Shown here one piece after another: positions 56,813 to 64,000 of a stretch of DNA of 64,000 bases. The notes below the pieces were generated by a model, which worked only from the letters and a program-made list of their open reading frames with translations, searched no databases and was not told the origin of the DNA. The DNA is taken from the NCBI GenBank assembly GCA_009693715.1, contig SHWT01000001.1, forward strand, positions 5,419 through 69,418, written 5' to 3'. This DNA is from Chitinophagaceae bacterium. GTDB lineage: Bacteria > Bacteroidota > Bacteroidia > Chitinophagales > Chitinophagaceae. How positions within the stretch are numbered: position 1 is the first letter of the stretch; each line of letters begins with the position of its first letter. The position numbers were made by a program, and so were the translations under genes.

Positions 56813-59332
56813 TTAAAATAATTCTGGTTGTTGGTCCTCTGATTTACTACCCGCTTTTTTCTCCCATTCCATTTCCACCGACTTCGTAAAATCAACCAAT
56901 TTCGTTCCAATGGCTTTCCATCCCATAATGTCCACCATTTTACTCACTTTAAATTTGGCTTTTCTAACTTGAGCACCTCTGCCAGTATGCACCACTAATA
57001 TTGGATCATCTGCAGTGGTGATAGTTTCCAAATAATTACCATTACCTTCCTTGATAAAAGTAAATGGTGTTTTTAAAGTAGTAGTTTCGATTTTAAACCT
57101 TTTGATATTAAACTGTAATTTTTCTTTGTCAAGATAGACTGCAGTAATAATTTTTTCAGGATTAAACTTTTCAATGAACACTACTTTTTCTGGATCAAAA
57201 CGTTGGGTTGGCTCTGTATCCGTTACTTCATAACTTCCATCACTGGTGACCACCAAAACCTTTTCGTCCTCAAAGGTACCTAAATAAATACCCTTTTCCT
57301 CCGTATTAAATCGTCCAAACTTATCATCAAACCATAATTTGCGACCCAAAAGCGTGCTTTTACCTGCTTCCTTCAACTTTACTGACTTGATAGCATATTT
57401 GGTAATTTGATTTCCTACACTACTTCGGCCCTTCACTTCCAACTCGTCAAAATAAAATTCAAGTTCTTTAATACGTGCTGTACAATTAGGGCTCAATATA
57501 ATTTTTACTGATTCTGCTTCTCCATTTGCATTCACTGATAAATAATGAACCCTTGACTTATCTGCTGATTTTGTCAATGGATATTCTTTATCTCTAGTAA
57601 TACCTGTTACATTAAATCTTTTGGCATAACTAATTCCATTAGCGCCATCCACATACATCATATTGTAGGTAGTTCGCTCATCGTTTTTCTGGAAAACTGC
57701 AGCATGTAAGATATCCTTACCTATAAATACTTTATCAGATACTTTAACCACTTTCATAATGCCAGACTTGGCAAAAGCAATAATATCATCATAGTCGGTA
57801 CAGTCACATAGGAACTCATCTTTTTTCAAGCTGGTTCCCACAAAACCTTCCGCACGATTGATATATAATTTGATATTCGCAATGGCAACATGCTTCACTT
57901 GAATGGTATCAAATTCTTTAATTTCTGTTTTACGCTCCTTACCCTTGCCATATTTTTTCAATAACCCCTCATAATAATTCACCGCATAATCGGTCAAATT
58001 AGCCAGATTGTTTTTTACTTCTTTAATTTCCTCCTCTATACCTTTAATTTGCGCAATTAAATCATCGATATCTAATTTATAAATTCGTCGAACGGGCTTG
58101 TCCGTTAGTTTCAATAAATCAGTACGTTCAATTGGTTTTTTAAATTTCTTTTTGAATGGTGTAAACGCATCATCAATCGCATCAATGACCTTATCCCAGG
58201 TCATATGTTTTTTCTCTAATTCTTTGTATATCTTTTCTTCAAAAAATATTTTCTCTAAACTAGTGAAATGCCATTTATCCTCTAACTCCTTTAATAATAT
58301 TTGTAATTCCGATTGTAATAAACCTTTGGTATGATCTACGGAATGCCTAAGTAAATCTGAAGCACCAATAAATTGTGGTCGATTATTTACAATTACACAA
58401 ACATTGGGCGAAATACTAATTTCACAATCAGTAAAAGCGTATAAGGCGTCAATGGTAATATCGGGAGAAATTCCGGTTGCCAAATCAATTTGAATTTCAA
58501 CATCAGCGGCAGTAACATCAATTACTTTTTTAATCTTTATTTTTCCTTGGTCATTGGCCTTCGTAATACTCTCCATTAACTGAGTCGTAGTGACACTATA
58601 AGGAACATCTTTTATGAGTAAAGTTTTTTTATCTAATTCTTCAATGGTCGCACGCACCCTAATTTTCCCACCACGTTTTCCGTCATTATAATTAGCCGCA
58701 TCCATTTTACCCTTGGTTTGGAAATCGGGTAACAATTCAAATTTTTTGCCACGTAGATGCTTAATAGAAGCTTCTATAATTTCACAAAAATTATGCGGCA
58801 ATATTTTAGTAGATAAGCCTACGGCAATACCATCAGCACCCTGTGCTAATAACAATGGGAATTTCATAGGTAAAGTAATCGGCTCTTGTTTACGTCCATC
58901 GTAACTCAAAGTCCAAGAAGTAGTTTTTGGATTAAATGCAACATCTAATGCAAACTTGCTCAATCTTGCTTCAATATATCTTGCTGCTGCCGCATCATCA
59001 CCTGTGCGCACATCACCCCAGTTTCCTTGGGTATCAATTAATAAATCCTTTTGACCCAAATTTACAAGTGCATCCCCTATACTAGCATCGCCATGTGGAT
59101 GGTATTGCATACTTTGACCAATGATGTTTGCAACCTTGTTAAAACGACCATCATCCATTTCCTTCATTGCATGTAAAATGCGTCGTTGTACAGGTTTTAA
59201 TCCGTCTTCGATCGCAGGGACAGCACGTTCTAAAATAACATAGGAAGCATATTCCAAAAACCAATTTTTGTATTGACCTTGAACACCTGATTCGTTTTCT
59301 GTAACCCTACTTAAATTTTTCTCTTTTGCCAT
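56813..59332 (-). CDS. parC: DNA topoisomerase IV subunit A (Bacteroidota type)
   Basis: DGLKPVQRRIL, YHPHGD and active-site AAARYIEARL; no GyrA-box seen; in an operon with the parE-type gene. Confidence 0.88.
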   Translation of the reverse strand: MAKEKNLSRVTENESGVQGQYKNWFLEYASYVILERAVPAIEDGLKPVQRRILHAMKEMDDGRFNKVANIIGQSMQYHPHGDASIGDALVNLGQKDLLIDTQGNWGDVRTGDDAAAARYIEARLSKFALDVAFNPKTTSWTLSYDGRKQEPITLPMKFPLLLAQGADGIAVGLSTKILPHNFCEIIEASIKHLRGKKFELLPDFQTKGKMDAANYNDGKRGGKIRVRATIEELDKKTLLIKDVPYSVTTTQLMESITKANDQGKIKIKKVIDVTAADVEIQIDLATGISPDITIDALYAFTDCEISISPNVCVIVNNRPQFIGASDLLRHSVDHTKGLLQSELQILLKELEDKWHFTSLEKIFFEEKIYKELEKKHMTWDKVIDAIDDAFTPFKKKFKKPIERTDLLKLTDKPVRRIYKLDIDDLIAQIKGIEEEIKEVKNNLANLTDYAVNYYEGLLKKYGKGKERKTEIKEFDTIQVKHVAIANIKLYINRAEGFVGTSLKKDEFLCDCTDYDDIIAFAKSGIMKVVKVSDKVFIGKDILHAAVFQKNDERTTYNMMYVDGANGISYAKRFNVTGITRDKEYPLTKSADKSRVHYLSVNANGEAESVKIILSPNCTARIKELEFYFDELEVKGRSSVGNQITKYAIKSVKLKEAGKSTLLGRKLWFDDKFGRFNTEEKGIYLGTFEDEKVLVVTSDGSYEVTDTEPTQRFDPEKVVFIEKFNPEKIITAVYLDKEKLQFNIKRFKIETTTLKTPFTFIKEGNGNYLETITTADDPILVVHTGRGAQVRKAKFKVSKMVDIMGWKAIGTKLVDFTKSVEMEWEKKAGSKSEDQQPELF

Positions 59333-59343
59333 ATGATTTAATT

Positions 59344-59742
59344 TTAGAGACGGTAAGTATCTTCACTACCATCCGCTAAACTATTTAGTTCAATAAATAC
59401 AATATCCGTTTGCGCAGTTGTTTGATGCCAAATTCCAGCAGGAATTAACACACGCGCAGGCGCAACTACTTCCACTTCTCCACTTTCTAATACTACATTT
59501 TCAACTTCGTCATTTTCAAACCCCTCCATTTCCTTCCACTTCAACATAAGTGAACCCTGAACCAATAACATATCTTCCGGGTTTTTATTTGCAGAACTCC
59601 CTTTATGATAATGTTGTCCACTAACAGCACCTTTGTTGCGATACACCAACAAAAACTCACCTGATCTATCCGTACTAAAATAATGCAAAGCACCGCGCTC
59701 ATCAACTGCCTTCAAATCAATTTTAGTTATTTCTATTTTCAT
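59344..59742 (-). CDS. Small cupin, sugar-nucleotide isomerase-like (FdtA / polysacc_synt_C-like)
   Basis: DERG, GQHYHK and IPAGIWH. Confidence 0.6.
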   Translation of the reverse strand: MKIEITKIDLKAVDERGALHYFSTDRSGEFLLVYRNKGAVSGQHYHKGSSANKNPEDMLLVQGSLMLKWKEMEGFENDEVENVVLESGEVEVVAPARVLIPAGIWHQTTAQTDIVFIELNSLADGSEDTYRL

Positions 59743-59804
59743 TTATACCAGGTTAATTTTACCTTTTTTTTATTACTTCTATTTACAGATACTTCGCCGC
59801 CGAC

Positions 59805-60635
59805 TTATTCCTCCACTAGCACTGAACTTCCTCCTGGCATTTGTACCACGATATCCTTCCACCCTTTTTCCCAATTACCCGTAAATGTTAATTTACCCAA
59901 TTCCGACAATGCCTTTAATCTTGATACTATAAAAACATCGCCTGTTTTAATTTTCATTTTATTTAAAATATGTGCTATAGCACTTGGTAGTTTTTGTGCA
60001 TTTTTAGTGAGTAGGGATAAAATTTCTATATCATAATAACTGATGTCCATACTCGCCAACTTTTTACCCCCTTCTAAAAAACGCACATAGCCATTATCGA
60101 TGCATAATTTTTTCCACTCATCCGGATCTAATTCAAACTCACTTAAAGTAATCGGTCTTGCTAATTTTTTAGCTTTCAAAAACTCACTTGGTTGAATCTG
60201 ACTTAAATTAGTTGGATAAAACAATTGCCCTTTTTCATTTAAAAAAGGTAGATTATTCAAATACAAAACCTGCACCTTTCCTTGCAGCTCTTTTAATTGA
60301 CTCATTAACCAATAATAGCCACATACATCATGTACGTTTTGTCCCATCCAAATCCATACTTGTTCGTTTTCATCTTCCTGTAAATCCTGGATAAGTTGAT
60401 GCAGCACTAATTTATCATCAACAATATCAATTTGTTCCTCGTAGGGAGAATATTTTAGTAACTCCATCCACCAATCACGTCTTGTTTGATAGCCTTCTGT
60501 TTCGTAAATATCTGCAATGGGGCCTACCGCATAATCATCTTTTATTTCAATTACCTTCCCTGCAAGGGATTCATCCATTTCAATAACTGATTGCAAAATG
60601 GCCATATTTGCTGTTTCAAAAACTAAATGTATCAT
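59805..60635 (-). CDS. DUF1835/DUF3658 domain protein
   Basis: MIHLVF, DDYAVGPI, RRDWW, VWIWMGQNVHD and GDVFIVSRL. Confidence 0.75.
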   Translation of the reverse strand: MIHLVFETANMAILQSVIEMDESLAGKVIEIKDDYAVGPIADIYETEGYQTRRDWWMELLKYSPYEEQIDIVDDKLVLHQLIQDLQEDENEQVWIWMGQNVHDVCGYYWLMSQLKELQGKVQVLYLNNLPFLNEKGQLFYPTNLSQIQPSEFLKAKKLARPITLSEFELDPDEWKKLCIDNGYVRFLEGGKKLASMDISYYDIEILSLLTKNAQKLPSAIAHILNKMKIKTGDVFIVSRLKALSELGKLTFTGNWEKGWKDIVVQMPGGSSVLVEE

Positions 60636-60641
60636 AATATA

Positions 60642-61433
60642 TTAGTGTGTATTGGGCGTTATCAAATAATAGACACAGGTGGTAAAAAAATTCCTGACCC
60701 ATGGGATTGCTTTAATAAAGTCAAACTGAATTTTTGGTTTTAAATTAAATTTGTACTCGTAAATCGGATTAATTAAATAATGTATGTTATGTAAAATTGT
60801 ATAATTTGTTTGGTGCGCGAATTTTTCAAACTTTTCAATAGATATTCCGGTTTCTTTTATTTCCAATAAATCTGCCACTGGTTGTTTCGCTATTGACAAT
60901 AGCCACTTGTATAAAAAAGTGGGCAACAAATGGTAATAAGGCAACTTGCTTAAAAAGGCATTGGTACATAATTGCTGGTGTCCTCCAAATGGCATTTGCC
61001 AAGGGGGGAATCCAAAATATATTGCACCGCCTGGTTTTAAAAATTGCTGCATCCACCCCATCAATTTTTTTTGATCATGAATGTGCTCAATGACATCTTT
61101 TAAAACAATAATATCAAACAAAGAAGGAAATTCAACTGTTGGATTCACTTGATAGATATCCTTTGAAATAAATTGAATTTTATTGGCAGCTATATCTTCT
61201 TTTAACCACGCACGCGCATTCACTAATCTTGATTCATCTAATTCAACCCCAACACCCAAACAACCTTTATTGATAAACGCCTTAAGTACACCTCCTTCCC
61301 CACATCCAATTTCAAGCACCTGCATGCCTGGTGTAATATTTATTTTTTGTTCAATAAATGGAATAACAAATTGCGCAGCGTTATTCACCTGCATTTCAAA
61401 GTATTGTTTTCTATTTTTATGGAACTCAAACAT
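60642..61433 (-). CDS. Class I SAM-dependent methyltransferase
   Basis: VLEIGCGEGG, LKDVIEHI and FPPWQMPFGGHQQ. Confidence 0.9.
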   Translation of the reverse strand: MFEFHKNRKQYFEMQVNNAAQFVIPFIEQKINITPGMQVLEIGCGEGGVLKAFINKGCLGVGVELDESRLVNARAWLKEDIAANKIQFISKDIYQVNPTVEFPSLFDIIVLKDVIEHIHDQKKLMGWMQQFLKPGGAIYFGFPPWQMPFGGHQQLCTNAFLSKLPYYHLLPTFLYKWLLSIAKQPVADLLEIKETGISIEKFEKFAHQTNYTILHNIHYLINPIYEYKFNLKPKIQFDFIKAIPWVRNFFTTCVYYLITPNTH

Positions 61434-61452
61434 GCTATTAACTCAAAATGGT

Positions 61453-63339
61453 TTAGTTGGTTTCGATGATATCTAAATCGGCCCGTAAATTTTCAATAAT
61501 AAACTCTTGTCTTTCCTGTGTATTTTTTCCCATGTAATATTCTAGCAAATGCTGAATATGATCCCCTTGTTCTAAAATCACTGGATCCAATTTGATGTCT
61601 GCATTGATGAACTTCCCAAACTCATCTGGACTAATCTCACCCAACCCTTTAAACCTGGTAATTTCAGGTTTTGATCCAAGTTCTTTTATAGCAGCTTGTT
61701 TTTCATTTTCATCATAGCAATAAATTGTTTTTTGCTTATTGCGCACACGGAATAATGGCGTTTCTAAAACAAAAACATGCCCTTTTTTAACGAGGTCTGG
61801 AAAAAATTGCAAAAAGAAGGTAAGTATTAACAAGCGAATATGCATCCCATCCACATCGGCATCGGTAGCAATGACAATTTGATTGTAACGCAAGCCTTCC
61901 AACCCTTCTTCAATATTTAATGCATGTTGTAGTAAATTAAATTCCTCATTCTCGTATACCACTTTCTTTGTTAAACCAAATGCATTTAGAGGCTTACCCC
62001 TTAAACTAAAGACGGCCTGCGTATCCACATTACGTGATTTGGTAATACTACCACTAGCGGAATCCCCTTCTGTAATAAATAAGGTACTTCCTTGTTGTAA
62101 AGAAATAAACATTTCTTTATTTTTTAACGGCAAATCATCATTCAAATGAACACGACAATCTCTTAATTTTTTATTATGCAGATTCGCTTTTTTTGCACGC
62201 TCATTGGCTAATTTCTTTATTCCAGCTAATTCCTTACGCTCATGTTCATTTTGTTCAATACGTTTTTTTAAAGCATCCGCAGTTGCTGTGTTACGATGTA
62301 AAAAATTATCTAATTCTTTGGTTAAAAATTCAGTGATAAAATTTTTCATACTTGGGCCACCATCCGATACATTTTGCGAACCCAACTTGGTTTTAGTTTG
62401 ACTTTCAAAAACAGGTTCTTGTACACGAACTGAAACTGCAGCTACAATACTGGTTCTAATATCTGAAGCTTCATAATCCTTTTTATAATAATCACGAATC
62501 ACTTTTACATAAGCTTCCCTAAATGCTTGCTGATGTGTTCCTCCCTGGGTGGTATACTGCCCATTGACAAATGAAAATATATCCTCTCCATAATCATTGT
62601 TATGCGATATGGCCACTTCAATATCCTCACCTTTTAAATGAATAATGGGATAGCGCAATTCGTCTGGGTTTGTTTTTCTTTCCAATAAATCCAACAACCC
62701 ATTTTTACTCACATATTTTTTATCATTGAATACAATACTTAATCCCGCATTCAAATAACAATAGTTCCATAATTGACCATCAATATACTCATGTATATAA
62801 TGATAGTTTTTAAACATGGATGCATCTGGTGTAAATACCACCAATGTTCCATTCGGTTCGGTTGTTTTAGTTTCTTTGGTTTCATTTACCAAAACGCCTT
62901 TTTTAAAACTAGCTGATTTTTGTTTACCCTCTCTAAAGGCCGTCACTTCAAAATCTTCACTTAATGCATTTACCGCTTTTGTACCTACCCCATTCAAACC
63001 CACCGATTTTTGAAAGGCTTTGCTATCGTATTTAGCACCCGTATTTATCTTACTAACTACATCCACAATTTTTCCCAACGGAATACCACGACCATAATCT
63101 CGAATGGTTACTTGCTTCCCTTGTATCGAAATTTCAACCTGTTTACCATACCCCATGGTATGTTCATCAATACAGTTGTCGATTACTTCTTTCATTAAAA
63201 CATAAATACCATCATCAGGTGCGGAGCCATCACCTAATTTTCCGATATACATACCAGGTCTTAATCGAATATGCTCCTTCCAATCTAACGACCGGATGGA
63301 ATCCTCATTATATTCAACTGGAATTTTTGATTCTGCCAT
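61453..63339 (-). CDS. parE: DNA topoisomerase IV subunit B (start likely ATG 63339, MAESK)
   Basis: [44 protein letters not shown] and DADVDG, RFKGLGE. Confidence 0.9.
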   Translation of the reverse strand: MAESKIPVEYNEDSIRSLDWKEHIRLRPGMYIGKLGDGSAPDDGIYVLMKEVIDNCIDEHTMGYGKQVEISIQGKQVTIRDYGRGIPLGKIVDVVSKINTGAKYDSKAFQKSVGLNGVGTKAVNALSEDFEVTAFREGKQKSASFKKGVLVNETKETKTTEPNGTLVVFTPDASMFKNYHYIHEYIDGQLWNYCYLNAGLSIVFNDKKYVSKNGLLDLLERKTNPDELRYPIIHLKGEDIEVAISHNNDYGEDIFSFVNGQYTTQGGTHQQAFREAYVKVIRDYYKKDYEASDIRTSIVAAVSVRVQEPVFESQTKTKLGSQNVSDGGPSMKNFITEFLTKELDNFLHRNTATADALKKRIEQNEHERKELAGIKKLANERAKKANLHNKKLRDCRVHLNDDLPLKNKEMFISLQQGSTLFITEGDSASGSITKSRNVDTQAVFSLRGKPLNAFGLTKKVVYENEEFNLLQHALNIEEGLEGLRYNQIVIATDADVDGMHIRLLILTFFLQFFPDLVKKGHVFVLETPLFRVRNKQKTIYCYDENEKQAAIKELGSKPEITRFKGLGEISPDEFGKFINADIKLDPVILEQGDHIQHLLEYYMGKNTQERQEFIIENLRADLDIIETN

Positions 63340-63382
63340 AATTATCAATGCTTTAGGGGCACAGAATGCCCATGTCTAACTG

Positions 63383-63390
63383 CAAATCTA
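63383..63390 (-). promoter_or_regulatory. -7 promoter box (TAGATTTG) for the parE operon
   Basis: Exact consensus match, with a TTG about 19 nt further upstream as a possible -33 element. Confidence 0.55.
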
Positions 63391-63441
63391 ATGAGCACGG
63401 CGGTTACCCCAATTTTACTTTTCACCAATTGTCACTTTTAT

Positions 63442-63999
63442 GTGGATAAAAGATTATTCGCTTATCTTTATTGCATCAAAACAGACCCAAAATACCCGAT
63501 TGTTGACCTAGCATACATCAAAACCAAGGCAAATGAGCTGGCCTCGGAAAACGACCAATTTCAAGCTTATTTAAGGGAAATGGATGGAGATCAGCTAGAT
63601 AAGCTCGTATTTTCCCTATCAGAGGATATTTCCCCTAAAATTAGCTGTACGAGTTGTGGCAACTGCTGCAAAAGCTTAATGGTCAATATTGACGAGGAAG
63701 AAGCAAATCGTCTTTCGGAACATTTGGGTAAAACAAGGGCGGATTTTGACGAAGCCTATATATCAAAAGGGGAATCGGAACGGATGGTGATTAATGCTAT
63801 CCCATGTCATTTTTTGGTGGAAAATAGTTGCAGTGTTTATGAATATCGATTTGCCGGTTGTAGAGAATTCCCAGCATTTCATATTCCTGATTTCAATAAA
63901 AGATTATTTACCACCTATATGCATTACGATAGATGCCCCATTATTTTTAATGTGATTGAAACATTAAAAGAAAAACTGGGATTTGAAAAATCAAAGTAA
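63442..63999 (+). CDS. YkgJ family (Fe-S/Zn) cysteine-cluster protein; start uncertain
   Basis: CTSCGNCC...PCHFL...CSVYEYRFAGCREFP...RCPI. Confidence 0.85.
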   Translation: MDKRLFAYLYCIKTDPKYPIVDLAYIKTKANELASENDQFQAYLREMDGDQLDKLVFSLSEDISPKISCTSCGNCCKSLMVNIDEEEANRLSEHLGKTRADFDEAYISKGESERMVINAIPCHFLVENSCSVYEYRFAGCREFPAFHIPDFNKRLFTTYMHYDRCPIIFNVIETLKEKLGFEKSK

Positions 64000-64000
64000 T

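Noticed and set aside
1-64000. CRISPR arrays, rRNA/tRNA/tmRNA genes, riboswitches, IS elements and prophage
   Set aside because: No intergenic gap exceeds about 190 nt and none shows the required repeats or structures. This was judged by eye; cmscan and tRNAscan-SE would confirm.

Overview
An AT-rich, gene-dense chromosomal segment from a Bacteroidota bacterium. The gene families and TAnnTTTG promoter boxes suggest Chitinophagaceae, possibly Sediminibacterium-like; this taxonomy is inferred and was not database-checked. About 62 CDSs tile the window almost without gaps. Most are core genes: the 3' part of hppA, pyrE/pyrB/pyrR, coaD, recF-dciA, folP, ndk, nrnA, a DEAD-box helicase, lepA, tpiA, pruA, pdhA, ychF, cinA, an E2 acyltransferase, a thiolase, cvfB, parC and parE. 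Envelope and glycan genes include WbqC, GT2, GT4, gmhA, gmhB, a polyprenol-P-Man synthase and two methyltransferases. There is also a BlaI/M56 sensor pair and a small secreted-hydrolase cassette (two M1 peptidases, a sulfatase and a TPR remnant). I found no rRNA, tRNA, CRISPR array, transposase, integrase or phage gene, and no clear-cut novel system. The most notable observations are: (1) a dihydroorotase homologue that has lost most of its active-site residues, a likely PyrC'-type ATCase scaffold; (2) an uncharacterised operon encoding a giant TPR protein, a plug-less barrel, a membrane-anchored HU-fold protein and a methyltransferase; (3) a candidate BlaI operator made of interlocking palindromes; (4) an extra periplasmic domain on the membrane pyrophosphatase; (5) perfect promoter boxes only 3-7 nt from start codons; and (6) three unrelated genes inserted between parE and parC. 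Several starts in the supplied ORF track are over-extended and are corrected below.
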